NCBI GenBank assembly: GCA_951406725.2 | Contig: OX597835.1 | Span: 6,944,001-7,008,000, forward strand | Length of the DNA stretch: 64,000 bases | Source of the DNA: Octopus vulgaris | Lineage: Eukaryota | Direction: 5' to 3' | Shown here: piece by piece, positions 14,151 through 28,500 of the stretch | Layout: each line of letters starts with the position of its first letter | How positions within the stretch are numbered: position 1 is the stretch's first letter | Notes under the pieces: generated by a model | Database searches by the model: none | What the model was told of the DNA's origin: nothing | What the model saw: only the letters and a program-made list of their open reading frames with translations | Position numbers and translations under genes: made by a program

Positions 14151-14455
14151 TCGCTCCATCTCCATCTCCGTGTTTATCTCAACTATAAATGGCTCCTCAC
14201 ATCGACTTAGAGTGCACTTTACGCTGCCTTATACATTGTAATACGGTAAATTCGTTTGAATATTGAGTTCGAAGTCCTGTAATAACATGTCAGGCATTTT
14301 ACCACATCGCTAAATACAGGCATTCTCTCCCCTTCGCTCTCTCTCTCTTTCACACATACACACGAACACACACATACGTATACAGACATATATAGATGTT
14401 GATACATGTACGCATACACGGGGCGCTCATAAATCATCTTTACATCTTACACACG

Positions 14456-14506
<51 letters not shown>

Positions 14507-14728
14507 TAAAAAGAATTCCAACCTTGTCTGATTTTCACGTTTTATTTACAATCTTATAATGATATATTATAAGATAATATATTATAATTGAATAAAATAA
14601 AATGAAATAGTAGAATGTTAAATATTCATTCTGATTGAACTAGTACTTTCATGCATTGAATTCTGCAATCTTCTGCAGAGGTCCGTCAGATACCTTTGAG
14701 TAACCACCTAGCAACATGTGGTCGGAAA

Positions 14729-14818
<90 letters not shown>

Positions 14819-15375
14819 ATCAATATACATATACTGAAACAGATTCGTCAATTACCTTTTATTAGAAACATCAGAACAAGTAGAAGTGTAGTGAGATTTC
14901 TAATAAAGCCTTATCTCTGTGCCTATGCTTTACAATAAACCCTGCTGAGTTATACGTATATATATTTTCCTGAAGTTTTACCAAATTATAAAGTTGATTT
15001 GTGAACACACTATATACATGCAATGAATGAATGAAAGGAATAGAATAGGTAGTCGAGTACTACGTCTGTTTCAAAAGGGACACCGAACGCATAATCACCA
15101 AGTCATTCGTATACTTAATTATTGTATTATAGGCAACAGTATTTGTAGAACAGCAGTCATCTTATCAGAATGTTTGCGTAATTTCGATATGGGACCAAAT
15201 ATATTTGATACATTGATTAGTAAAGTATATTGATTGATTATCATCGTCTCTTGTGTTATTAATACAGGTCTTGTCTATGCTAGAAGCTGGCAACTGCTTC
15301 TACCACGGCCAATTGGTTGTCACTACGTAACGGTGTATAGACACACACATATACACACACACATCTGTCTGTCTA

Positions 15376-15412
<37 letters not shown>

Positions 15413-15435
15413 GTACGTAAGTATCTATCTGTCTG

Positions 15436-15506
<71 letters not shown>

Positions 15507-15555
15507 GTCTGTCTGTGTGTCTGTCTATCTGTGTATGTAAGTATCTATCTATCTG

Positions 15556-15630
<75 letters not shown>

Positions 15631-15665
15631 GTCTGTCTGTGTGTCTGTCTATCTGTGTATGTAAG

Positions 15666-15711
<46 letters not shown>

Positions 15712-15731
15712 GCTATCTATCTATCCGTCTC

Positions 15732-15779
<48 letters not shown>

Positions 15780-16552
15780 CGTGTTTATGACCATTTATAC
15801 ACAATCACTCTCCTAATTTTAGCCAATCTGATACCACACATACACCTACATATTCAAAGAAACAAACGGATGCAATAACACGTTCATCGCATACATTTGT
15901 CTCCTAAATAATAGCTTTACTAATGTGCCTTCAATACAAAGTGTCTGAAAGCTGACAATTAGTTAAATGAACTTATATATTAGTGAAGCTAATATAAACT
16001 TAAGAAACACTATGATTGACATCGCTGAACGAAGTCCAGATGGCTTATGAATTGTTTAATTTAGTTATATAGCGGTTACTGTAAGGTATTCACCGTTATC
16101 AGTTTAGTATAATTATGATTCAAATATATCACGTTTGTTGTTGATCTTGCTACAGAGGAAAAGTAATTTACAGCACGTATCTGCATCCTTTGTATATATT
16201 TTTCAGAATGTGATGTGATCACAGTTTTGATTCTATGCTGTTGTTTGTCTCCTAGATTTATATATTACCATATTTGTAAGTATGTATGTATGTATGTATG
16301 TATTTGAGTGTTTGTGAAGAACATGAAAAATAAGTAGACACTCACACACACACACACACACACACGCACGCTCACTCACATATATATGATATCAATTTCG
16401 TGTAATATCAAACGGAATATTTTATTCCACTCTTACATTTATTTCAATTGGTGCAGAATTGATGTATGTTTATTATATAAACGTACAATAAGCCTATTTT
16501 TGAACGATGTGTACAACGGTAATTTGATGAAATCCCACGTGAGTGTGTATGT

Positions 16553-16592
<40 letters not shown>

Positions 16593-16619
16593 GTATATAC
16601 ATACACACACACATATGAT

Positions 16620-16816
16620 AGATCGTTAACTCCTACACGCATTTTTTCTCTCCTTGTTTCTCTCCTTATTTTTTTCTGTGTAACTTTCTGTCGAAGAGCG
16701 TAGGCTCGAAACATAAAAGACTTGTTCCATTTTTATTCCTGAGTGCCATACTATTACATTTGTTTGTCTGTACTCCACCTGCCTTCGTCGTTTGTTTATT
16801 TTCGTAAACTTTCCCG

Positions 16817-16818
<2 letters not shown>
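16620..16818 (+). mobile_element. Short repeat family E with variant hammerhead (CUGYNGA-A-GAGC/GCUC-GAAA)
   Basis: About 200 bp, next to TA repeats, with the motif at 16684-16720. Near-identical copies lie at 34430-34620 and 44807-45015. Confidence 0.65.
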
Positions 16819-16872
<54 letters not shown>

Positions 16873-17329
16873 TGAGGGGGAGAGAGAAGAAAAAAGAAAG
16901 TGTACCATCGTCCGAAGGATTCGAATGTCGAGTCTGAATTGAACCGTATGGCTGAGCTAACCCTGTACCAAATTGACACTACGTCTTTAACCATCAAACT
17001 TTGATGTCTCAATCTAATTTGATATGCTTACGCGTACCAGGGGCCTGAAAATGGGGATCCTAGTCTCACCGTAAGTTATTATCCATATTTGCTATATCAG
17101 AAAACTGAAGGAAGTTATAACGTTACCTCTGTGATTCGAACACAGCTTCTGCCGTAATCCGCATTGCTGCGCCACTCACAACTCAAAATATTCACCATAT
17201 ACACAGCCACTGAGAGGTACATCGATGCAGACATACGTAGATTTCAATTTTAGCCTGACTCAATTTGTTAATGTTCGTTCAGTATTTATCCAGTATCAAC
17301 TCGTTGGTTTACATTGGATCCGTGTTAAG

Positions 17330-18560
17330 CCATGTGAAGCGGAGAAGCCATTCAGCAAAACGGAGAAGGAACTGCGAGATAGAGAAAGCATTCAGTCTAC
17401 CCTGAAGATCATCCATTCCCTTTTAACAAAGCGAACAGTCTTCCTCAGTCTGATGGCTAGGGTGAAGTAAGTAACATGGTGGATATAGTTGCAAGGTTTG
17501 AAAGCGGAACTTTTCCCATCAGGCCAGACCCTTATCAACCTATCCACGTAGCACTTAGAGAGGAATGTGTAGGTATGTAAAAATGACGGTATTTCTAGTA
17601 AATTTTGAAAAATGTACATAAGAGAGATGAAATTGGTGTAGGTAAAAGTAGCTTAAGCCGATAGAAAAGTGTCATCCATTTTTCAAATCTCACCTCAGTA
17701 CCTTAAATATATTTGTCTTGTTGTTTAACAACTGCAGTGAATAGCTTGAGGCTGACCATATACAACAGATAATTTATTGTCCTCCAATTGCATTTGAATA
17801 TGAGGGATGTATTGTTTAATCTGTTGATCGATGGTGTTATTACCGGAAAAGGAGTCAAGTAAAAAATGTATCGGCTAACAATATCCATCTATTTATGCAA
17901 CCAAAGTTATTTTTCTTTTTACAATTCTGTCCTTGTCGTCAGGCGTTTTTGCCATTTAATGATGATGTATCTGAGTGCTATTGGCGCTACTTTACTCATG
18001 ATTAATATTTCCAGATACGCTAAGTCTTGCATACTACAGAAAATTACAAATGGGTAAGAGCAACTGATGCCGTTTTCGGTGAGACACTTGGTGTTGAAAA
18101 AGATCTAATGGGTAGAAAATATAGGCGGGAGGGATGTCATTCAATGTTCAACTACATACGACTACCAGAAAACCCTGATCTGATGGCGGGAGGAAAATTG
18201 CTGGTTCGGATACGAAGTGCTGCCTTCCGAACCTGTCCTAGTTGTATACCGAGCGACGAAACTATTCGGCATGATAATCGCTCACATTCCGAGCATTGCT
18301 GACTGACGGATTTATCATATGAAACAGCTGTTGTCTTATGACGATACGCGCGTCTATCAACAGAATCAGTTCCATATATATTCTCGGTGATGGGAAATGT
18401 TGGCACTAATCTTTTTCTGTGTATTGGTCAAGGAAATTCTACGGTGAACAAGACTGAAAAGAAATGAGAACTGACATCCCTCATCAGTTTTTTCAAGCCT
18501 CTCTTCGAAAGTAAGATAAAGATAAAGAGACAAAGACGTCTCTCCATTTAATTTGTTCTG
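17330..18560 (+). mobile_element. Highly degenerate Tx1/L1-like LINE ORF2 relic
   Basis: Motifs occur in the expected order: DRESIQSTLKII (like GRSIxDNLxLI), GQTLINLS (like ALINLDQ), and a C-terminal RTCPSCIPSDETIRH zinc-knuckle-like segment. There are many stops and frameshifts. Confidence 0.4.
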
Positions 18561-18919
18561 AGAGTGAGAGAGTAAGAGATTGGCGACTCTGTCCGAAGCG
18601 ATTGGATCAAAATCCCATCTTGTGTCTGTATGGCAGACCTGACAACTCCAACGCGGGCATTTGCCTTTGCTAATAATAATTTAGCTAAAACTCACATCGG
18701 ATCAGAGGAAATATTAACAATGATAAATAGTAATAAGAAAAACACGAAAATAATATTATCAGTGATGATAATAATAATAATGAAAGGAAACGGTTTGAAT
18801 CTCCCTATGCTCTGATTGATGATAGATTTATTGATGGTGTCACAATAAAAACACTGGTATAGCTAACTCATATGAGTGACAATGAAAAAACAAAATATTG
18901 TGAATAAAGGGAGTGAATA

Positions 18920-19340
18920 GGCGCAGGAGTGGCTGTGTGGTAAGTAGCTTGCTAATCAACTACATGGTTCTGGATTCAGTCCCACTGCATGGCATCTTGG
19001 GCAAGTGTCTTCTGCTACAGCCTCGGGCCGACCAAAGCCTTGTGAGTGGATTTGGTAGACGGAAACTGAAAGAAGCCTGTCATATATATGTATATATATG
19101 TATATGTATGTGTATGTATTTGTGTGTCTGTGTTTGTACCCCTAGCATTGCTTGACAACCGATGCCGGTGCGTTTACGTCCCCGTCACATAGCGGTTCGG
19201 CAAAAGTGACCGATTGAATAAGTACTGGGCTTACAAAAGAATAAGTCCCGGGGTCGATTTGCTCGACTAAAGGCGGTGCTCCAGCAAGGCCGCAGTCAAA
19301 TGACTGAAACATGTAAAAGAGTAAAAGAGTAAAAGAGTAA
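18920..19340 (+). mobile_element. SINE B, full length
   Basis: Runs from head ggcgcaggagtggctgtgtggtaag to a (gtaaaaga)n tail. Confidence 0.85.
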
Positions 19341-19344
19341 AGGT

Positions 19345-19605
19345 GGTAATGAAACTGAAGCCCTTGATGGTGACAGTGTTACACTCGGCAGGCTCAGTCG
19401 GAAAGTATACACTGTATCAACGAGTGAATTGACAGGTGATTTATCTTTATAAAAAAGTTTGAGGTCATCCAGGAATAAAAGTGGATGGAGCACTTAAAGA
19501 AAACAGCACTGCTTGGAACCGCTCGAATACTCCGGATGGTGCTCGAAAAATAAGGAGTGTTACCTTAGTACATCTCCAGCGTTAGAAGCTGTGGAAACGC
19601 AATAA
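19345..19605. mobile_element. R4/Dong fragment with 5' inversion
   Basis: Minus-strand RT motif LLFLDDLKLFYKDKSPVNSLVDTVYTF is joined to a plus-strand 3' end (EHLKKTALLGTARILRMVLEK*) that runs into (AAT)n. Confidence 0.7.
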
Positions 19606-19629
19606 ATAATAATAATGATAATAATGATG

Positions 19630-19678
<49 letters not shown>

Positions 19679-19874
19679 GCTTACAGAACTGTTAGCACAC
19701 TGGACAAGATGCATAGCGGTGTCATTACGTTCTGAGATCAAATTCCGGTGAGTTTGACTTTGGCCTTTATCATTTAGGGCTCGGGAAAATAGGTACCATT
19801 TGAGCACTGGGCTCGCTGCAATCGACTTACCCCTTCATCCTCAAATTGGTAGCCGTATGCCAAAATTTGCAACC

Positions 19875-19915
19875 ATTATTATTATTATTAATAACATCAT
19901 AATAAATTATTATTA

Positions 19916-19964
<49 letters not shown>

Positions 19965-19971
19965 TAATTTC

Positions 19972-20015
<44 letters not shown>

Positions 20016-20020
20016 TAATA

Positions 20021-20085
<65 letters not shown>

Positions 20086-20167
20086 CATAATAATAATAAT
20101 AATGATAATGATAATAATAATAACAATAATAATAATAATAATCATAATAATAATCATAATAATAATA

Positions 20168-20217
<50 letters not shown>

Positions 20218-20218
20218 C

Positions 20219-20270
<52 letters not shown>

Positions 20271-20280
20271 TAAAATAATC
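19875..20280. repeat. (ATT)n/(AAT)n microsatellite
   Basis: Directly visible. Confidence 0.95.
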
Positions 20281-20697
20281 ACGTTTCCATTGGAACGAAC
20301 GTCTATATATACTAGCTCCTGGTTACAGACATCTCTATCGTTTTGGGGGAAAGTAATTTCATTTCCGAGTGAATAAATAAGCGATAAAGTTTCAAAATCA
20401 AAAATAGAACAGCGTGTGCGCGAGCACATGTATAGTGTGTGCGTGTGTGTGTGTGCATGTGTGTATTATATGAATGTATACGTATCAAAAATGCATACAT
20501 ACAAACAGGTACACACACACACGCTTACATACATACATACACACACATATATGCATAAACACATGTGTATATGTGTACACACACATACATATACCTGTGT
20601 GTGTGTATATTAATAAGTGAATGTGTACGAGCGTATATATATATATATATATATATACAGAGAGAGAGAGAGAGAAAGAGAGAGAGAGGAAGAGAGT

Positions 20698-20737
<40 letters not shown>

Positions 20738-20789
20738 AAGAGAGAGAGAGTTGAAATTTATAGCAAAACAAAAGATGATGACAGGTATA

Positions 20790-20950
20790 TGAACAATAGA
20801 GCACGTGCTTTTAAGTTGACGCTCGGGAAAAATAAATAAACGTCTTTTACATTTCGAGCCTACGCTCTTCAGCAGAAATGAATAAGTGGAAATAAATCGA
20901 GAGAGAATGAAAAAAAAAAAACGTGTTGAGTTCAGCGGTCCAACATGGCG
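20790..20950 (-). mobile_element. Diverged family E relative
   Basis: Minus strand reads ctgctgaagagcgtaggctcgaaatgtaaaagac at about 20842-20875. Confidence 0.45.
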
Positions 20951-21071
20951 AATGAGTGGGAAAATGAGGGGGAAAGAAAGGGAGATGTACTAGTGATCCC
21001 AACAAGAGAAGGTGATCGTGTGTGCCCGCGTTTGTGTGTGTGTGTTTGAGAATGATGTGTGTGAGTGTGTA

Positions 21072-21263
21072 AGCACGCCGGGCGATATGCTTTGCGGTAT
21101 TTCGTTCGCCGCTGCGTTCTGAGTTCAAATTCCGCCGAGGTCGACTTTGCCTTTCATCCTTCCGGGGTCGATAAATAAAGTACTAGTTTCGCATTGGGAT
21201 CGATGTAATCGACTTAATCCCTTTGTCTGTCCTTGTTTAGCCCCTTGTGGGCAGTAAAGAAAT
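21072..21263 (+). mobile_element. SINE A
   Basis: Family core and tail ccccttgtgggcagtaaagaaata. Confidence 0.8.
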
Positions 21264-21870
21264 ATATAGTACAACCCGAATTTCTAGGCACCTCATCACA
21301 AAAATACGTGTTCACCCATATTATCTTGTCCCAGCGATGAATTTAATTTATAATCTTGGCATTTTTTCATTGTAAAAAATGATGTACTTCTCTTTTTCCT
21401 CCTCTTTCTCTTTTATATATAGCTTTCTATATATCGAATTCTTTTCTCTCTCTCTTTCATTCTCTTATTTTTCTCTCTCTGAATCTCTCTTTCTCACGTT
21501 CTCACTCATTTTCAGTTTCACTCTCTTTCTCTCTCTCCTTCTCTCCCTTTCGCTCTCTGTCTTTTTACTCTCTCTCTTTCTTTCTCTCTTTCTCTCTCTC
21601 TCTCTTCCTCCCCTCTCTCGCTCGCTAACATAGCAGATATCCAAGGAAGGATTATTTCGTTGATGTAATTGTTTCTTCACTTATCGTCGTAATCTTCGCT
21701 GCCATCTTATGATTGCATGCACAAATTTCCTAATCCTAATCCAGTCTGCTTTAGTGCAAGATACACCAATCTTAAACACAAGACACCAAACAATAATAAT
21801 AATAACAATAGTAATAATAATAATAATAATCATGATAATAATAATAATAACGATAGTAATAATAATAACA

Positions 21871-21942
<72 letters not shown>

Positions 21943-21944
21943 GC

Positions 21945-22207
21945 ACAGCTGACAACAAGGTATACGATAAGGAAGAAAGAAAAGTCGATAGATATGACAG
22001 GTTAGCTTGGGAGTTGTGGTCGGTGAAAAATGTGGTAGTAGTACCAATAATTGTCCGAGCCCTGGGAACAGTGAGTGAAAATCTTGAGAAGTACATGGAA
22101 CAAATAGGGGCTGTTATAAGAGTGGAGCACTTGCAGAAAACAGCCCTGCTTTGAACCGCTCGAATACTCCGGAAGGTGCTCGAAAAATAAGGGGTGTTAA
22201 CTTAGTT
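21945..22207 (+). mobile_element. R4/Dong-clade non-LTR retrotransposon 3' fragment (restriction-like endonuclease end)
   Basis: Translates as KEERKVDRYDRLAWELWSVKNVVVVPIIVRALGTVSENLEKYMEQIGAVIRVEHLQKTALL*TARILRKVLEK* and abuts an (AAT)n tract. Confidence 0.8.
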
Positions 22208-22636
22208 ATTAAATGCAATACATAACCCAAGTGTATCTATTTTATCCGGAACGAATGAAAGAAGCATAGATTTTGGTGACGTTAGCAAGAAAGATGCAAT
22301 TCATGGCTGCTATAGGAAATATAATATCTCTAAAGGAAAATTACTGTAATAATTTTAAATGGCTGGAGATTATCAGAGACTGTTACCGCCTGCTGTGGTT
22401 GTTGTTTTGTGGCTAGCAAAGGAAACGAGATGAGTTGTATGCCAAGAAGTTCATTAGCTCCAGAACTGCGCAAGTTGTGAAAAGGTCAAACTAATATAAA
22501 TCTGTCTCGTGGAATTGTACGGATGCGAGAAACGAACATCCAGTTGGAATTAACGATTTCTTCAAAAAGAAATGGCCGGAACTCCACACTAGCAGAAACA
22601 ATAAGTAATAATGATAACAACAACAACAACAACAAC

Positions 22637-22686
<50 letters not shown>

Positions 22687-22844
22687 CAACAACAACGAAG
22701 ACGACGAGAGAGACTACGATGATAATAATGATTAAAACAGGCGGTTTCTTCCCAACCAGTACACATACACACACGCACTCACACACACACACACACGCTC
22801 ACTCATTATTATTGAAAGAGTTATAAGTATCTCGGAGTATTAGA

Positions 22845-22965
22845 ATCTGAGAGAAATGTAAACGAAAATTGAGGAGTACGTCAGATGGGTAAAGAAGCCA
22901 ATGAAGCCAAGGCTAAATGGTCCGAATCTAGTGGAGGCTGTAAATACTTGGGTTGTATCATTACT
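22845..22965 (+). mobile_element. R4/Dong RT-thumb fragment
   Basis: EEYVRWVKKPMKPRLNGPNLVEAVNTWVVSLL resembles the R4-clade pattern EYxRRxRxxLKSKLNGxNxxxAINTWAV. Confidence 0.55.
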
Positions 22966-22989
22966 TAATAAAAATAATAATAATAATAA

Positions 22990-23155
22990 CAATAATCCTT
23001 TCTGCTAACGGCACAAGGCCTGAAATCTGTGGGGAGGTGATTAGTCGATAAAATCGACACCAGTGTTTCACTGGTACTTAATTTATCGACCACGAAAGGA
23101 TGGAAAACAAAGTCAACCTCAGCGAAATTTGAACTCAGTGCGTGAAGACAGAAGA
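22990..23155 (-). mobile_element. SINE A (diverged)
   Basis: Reverse complement of the family core. Confidence 0.7.
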
Positions 23156-23212
23156 AACACCGTCTTAATAATAATAACGATGATAATAATAATGATGGCG
23201 ATAATAATGATG

Positions 23213-23289
<77 letters not shown>

Positions 23290-23398
23290 CACAATAATAA
23301 TAATAATAATGCATACATACACGCACCTATGTATTATGTATGTACTATATATATATACGGACATATATATACTATATATATACATATATACATACATA

Positions 23399-23435
<37 letters not shown>

Positions 23436-24196
23436 GTATTGGCAGGCACAGCATACAGCGAACGCCCACACGTGCTGAGAAAATGAAAGGGAAACAAAGA
23501 AATGATAACAGACTTCTGAAGAAATGTTCAAGTGACGAAAAACACCAATCGTAAACCTAGACACGAGTGAGTGATGTTTGTGATACCAATATTGTGATAT
23601 GGGTGCCTGTGAGTTAGGGTGGAGAGGTGTGTAGAATGAAAGCAAAATAGAAAATAGAAAAGCTGTACGTGGAACAATTAAGCTGGAAACGAGAGAAATG
23701 TAACACGAGCGATAGAAATAAAAATGACAGAGACAAAAGGAAGTGAGTTGGAGAAGACAATTAAAATAAGAGAAAAAGACAGTGTGGGAGAAGTAGGTAC
23801 AGAGAAGAGAGTGTTGCCGGAGATCGGAGAGGTTGGTTGGTAAACAGAGATAAAAGGAAATAATACAAAAGTGGCAATGAAATGGGAAGAGAGAAACAGG
23901 CAAGAAGTAGGAAAACAGAAAGTGACAAGAAAGAGAGAGAGAGAGAGAAAGAGGGGAGAGAACGAAACTCTGTGTGAGAGAGAGAGAAAGAGAAGAGAGA
24001 ACGAAACTCTGTGTGAGAGAGAGTATGAAATAGGAACAAAATTGTTATAGAAAGCTAGTAAAAAGGCGATGGTGAGAAAGAAGAGAGAAACATAAAGAAA
24101 AAACATCATTTAGGCATCATGCCAGTTCTTTTGAGGGCAGGGTATTGGTACTTCAGTTTATAATAATAATAATAATAATAATATTAATACTAATAC

Positions 24197-24247
<51 letters not shown>

Positions 24248-24889
24248 GGATAATAGTAAAATCTCAGAAAGAGAATGAAGAACCAGACAAAGAGAGCAAC
24301 TCTCCACGAGTCGACCAGAACACGCAACGTCTGGGGCAATAAACTGTAATGAACCTGGTAACTATAACGAGGAAAGTGGTAAAGAAGCGATATTTGAAGA
24401 CTGCACATTCACTAGAGAACGTAGAGAGCCTATGATAGAACTGAAGCAGAAAATCCCGAATAAGCTTCAAGTTGTACGACACGCCAATACGCTTGATAGA
24501 CAAACCATTTCATAAACACTCAATCCAAGAAACAAAACAAATTAAAATTGGAAACTACGGAGAAAAGGAAATCATACAAGAACTAAATCTAAATGAATTA
24601 AATTAAATTTCTTTACGCCGCTGCTAAGACAATTGAAACCCGTTGTATGCCTCTGAAAAAACAAAGAAATACAAACCTTGCTCAAAGACACAACGCGTCG
24701 CCGGGAATTGAACTCACGGCCTTACGATTGTGAGCCGAATGCCCTAACCACTAAGCCACGCGCCTTCACTACATATATATATATACATACACATAAAGAA
24801 CAAACACACACATATACAGGGTATTCAAAACGTCTCTCCGCAGTGAAATCAGCCTAGGAAGTGCTCACCCAGCAGTTAAAAAACCCATT

Positions 24890-25260
24890 AAATTTTACGT
24901 ACGTTATTTACGTTATTTACATTTATCGGATATTCGTCCTCATCTTGTTTGTTTTTAACACAACGTTTCGGCCGATATATCCTCCAGCCTTCTTCAGGTG
25001 TCTTGGGGAAATTTCGAACCTGGGTTCTCATTGCTAAGGTAGTTTTCGATGTTATTATTAATATTATCATTATTATTATTGTTATTGTTCAGGTCACTGC
25101 TTGGAATCGAACTCGGAATTTTGGGGGTTACTAGCCCGCGCTCTTAACCACTACACCATATGCCCATGGGCAAAGAAGATGAGGATAAATATCCGTCGAA
25201 TGTAAATAAGGTAAATAATGTAAATAATGTACATAATTCCTCATCTCTGAAATATAGAAG
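24890..25260 (-). mobile_element. tRNA-headed short element with hammerhead and an inverted duplicated tail
   Basis: Minus strand has a tRNA-like head at 25165-25092 (A box TGGTGTAGTGG, B box GAGTTCGATTCC), an AAT-rich spacer and the hammerhead. About 25176-25232 is an imperfect inverted copy of about 24895-24946. Confidence 0.6.
24957..25002 (-). ncRNA. Minimal type I hammerhead ribozyme
   Basis: Minus strand reads GACAC-CUGAAGA-A-GGCUG-(10 nt)-CGGCC-GAAA-CG-UU-GUGUU. Helix III lies in the palindrome AACGUU and the cleavage triplet is GUU. Confidence 0.65.
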
Positions 25261-26475
25261 AGTCTGGATAGATTCCTTCAAAGAATACCAGATAAGCCAC
25301 CCATAATTGGATACAACTCACCCAACAAGAACTCACTACTTGAACAAAACTTGATACAACTCACCCAACAAGAACTCACTACTTGAACAAAACTTGACTT
25401 AAACAAAACTTGACTTAAACAGGATTCGAATAATCCTATCAGGTGGTGCTATTAAGTTAGACATGGCCTGGACCAATCTTTGGTCGAAACATATCTAAGT
25501 TATCTAAGTCAACTTATGTATTCAAAATGAAGGACGACACTTTCAAAACCTCTTATAAAAGTTTTTTAAAGTCTTGTAAAGTCTAATATATTCTTTTGTA
25601 GTCTTATTCCATCTTTTAAATATTTATTTTGCAATAAAATACTGCGCCGAGGATTTTTTGAACACCCTATGTATGTACGTACATATGTAGGTATATATCT
25701 ACAGTGTAGACTTCTCCATGTGGATAAATAACTACTTTATTATTTTGGGGCTGGTGGGTACAAAGGAGGGGAAGCTTTACTTCGTCTTTTACACTCTCTT
25801 TGATTCGAACCCAAAACGCAAAGAGCCGTAGGTAGCAAGTAGCTCAATACATGTTTGTCCGATGCCGTAACGCTTCAACCACACCCAGCCCCCCCCTGAT
25901 CGTTATTTGCATTACCGTACTGGTTGGAAACTTGGTCAATAGCAACGAGGTGCGATTATAAAACGAAGCATGTAGAACTTGGTTGTAATCGCTTTAGTGT
26001 GGAAACTATAGATGGGAGAGTAAAGTGACAGATCCACATATATCTTATGTATATATATATATATGAGTGTGTATTTGTGCGTGTGTGTGTGTGTCAAAGA
26101 CGCGTGCATGCTAAGCGTTAGAGACCTTACGTCTACCTGTGCATACGTCTGTCTAAGAACCAATATGTTTTCCTTTGTAGATATAAATGACTATTTCGTG
26201 TGCATGTACATTTAATTCTATTTGCACACACACATGTATGTATGTATGTATGTATGTATGTATGTATGTGAGTGTGTGTGTGTGTGTACTTGCGTGTGTA
26301 TGTATGTAGGGATATAAGTATATGGAGACAGGTTTAGGTGTGTATAAATCTCCTTGTACGTATGTACATCTGACTATTTATCTATCTATCTATCTCTGTC
26401 TCTCTATGTCTGTTTGTCTCTCTCTTTATATATATGCATATATTTAGTTATGTATCTATCTATCTCTGTCTCTTA

Positions 26476-26641
<166 letters not shown>

Positions 26642-27422
26642 ATAGATCAACGAAACTGTTGTCGGTAAAAGCTGGTCAACGTGAAAGCTTTCACTTCAAC
26701 ATGGCGGAATTACTGTTGCTGCTTTATATATTTTTTTTTTACAAAACCGTTAGAATGTCTAGAAGAGATGAAAATCTTTTACACTCCGTAATTACACCTG
26801 ATGTGATGTACTTTTATATGACGACAGATATTCTTCAGGAGAGCATCAAACACGAACATAAGAAGCTACGAATAGACGAGATAATTTGAATGCACAAATA
26901 GAGTTACTGGAGCAGAAATCATCGTAGACGTTTCTCTAATAGAATGTCTTAAACAATCCATGATGTAAGCAGAAAGTTGAACGCTTAAAGCTATAACACG
27001 CCATCTTTATAGCTGTGTTTTAATGAAATATTCTTGTTACGAGATAACCTTAAAACTATATATGATTTATTAAAATTGGTAAGCGTTTTTGCGTAACCCT
27101 TAATTGTGGGATTAACTCTTCTGTTTCTTAAATATGTTGTAACCTCAAAAAAAAAAAAGAAAATAATAAATAATATTAGTCCACTTCAAATTTAATTATT
27201 TTTTATCTTTTGTGTGCAGCCATATTGGGAAATAACGGAAAAAGGTTTTAGTCGAATAGATGGACCCCATTTTGTACATTTCTCTTTCATGTTTAGTTTC
27301 TTATTCTATCGGTCTCTTTCACTGAGCCGCTCAGTTATGAGGTATAAACAAACCGACGCCGGTGAGGAACAAATACATATAAAGATACACGCATGTATTG
27401 GTATATATCCATCATATTATCC

Positions 27423-27486
<64 letters not shown>

Positions 27487-27510
27487 GTCACATATATAGA
27501 TATATGTATC

Positions 27511-27561
<51 letters not shown>

Positions 27562-28339
27562 GTGTGTGTGTGTGTAAATTAATATACTGAGGTTAGAAAT
27601 TGTTATCAATCAATTGACATCAATTTAAACCAGTGGTTCTAGCATATTCAAAAAAATCCGAAGATTTAAAAATTATATTACAATTAATAAGAGGAATGAC
27701 CTCTAAAGTGGATTCCTATACGCTAGAAATAGAAATCGCCTTACCACATAGAGTGTGTTCTCAAGAAGAAAAAAAAACCCAGCACATATATAATGTACAT
27801 AATTCCTCATCTCTGAAATATAGAAGAGTTAACTCATCTATTGAAAATGAAGGACGATGCTCTCGACACGACACAACGAGAAAAAAATGGAAAACAGGAT
27901 AAGTAAACACAGAGAAAGGACCCTTCATCAGTTGTCGGCTCTGTGTCTCCTCCTCATTTCTAGCATTCAACGACAATATGTGTATGTGTGTGTCTGTGGA
28001 GTACTCAGCCACTGGCACGTTAACTTCACTAGTAGGCTGTTCGGTTGATCGGATCGACTGCAACCCACGTCGTTGTAACCGACGGAGTGCCACGGTCTAC
28101 GAGTAAAAGTCTGCCGATCAAGAATTCTTTTAGTTAAACGGCGAAGAATAAGTTTCGGAATGAACTTTTGGTGAAACTGGAATCTTTGACGTCGAAGATT
28201 AAGCTAAATAGTTAAAGTTTGGATTTTAACAACAGCATTCGTATGTGTGTCACAAATTGATTTCACGCCAATAACAAAAAATGAACTTCGAAATATAATC
28301 CAATATCACACAGAATACGAAATTACAATTCCTGCCATA

Positions 28340-28389
28340 CTCTTTCTTAATTTTCTCTCTTTTTCTCTTTGCTTATTTGTTTGTCTCTC

Positions 28390-28439
<50 letters not shown>

Positions 28440-28465
28440 GAGCAGCTCTGTCTATTTCTTCCTTC

Positions 28466-28500
<35 letters not shown>

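Larger units (their letters stand above)
24817..25669. mobile_element. Degenerate Tc1/mariner-like non-autonomous element hosting nested insertions
   Basis: Imperfect TIRs cagggtattcaaaacgtctctccgcagt and actgcgccgaggattttttgaacaccct; the left TIR is preceded by TA. Confidence 0.45.

Noticed and set aside
24690-25165. tRNA genes at SINE heads
   Set aside because: A and B boxes are present, but I could not form a complete cloverleaf and each head continues into repeat body.
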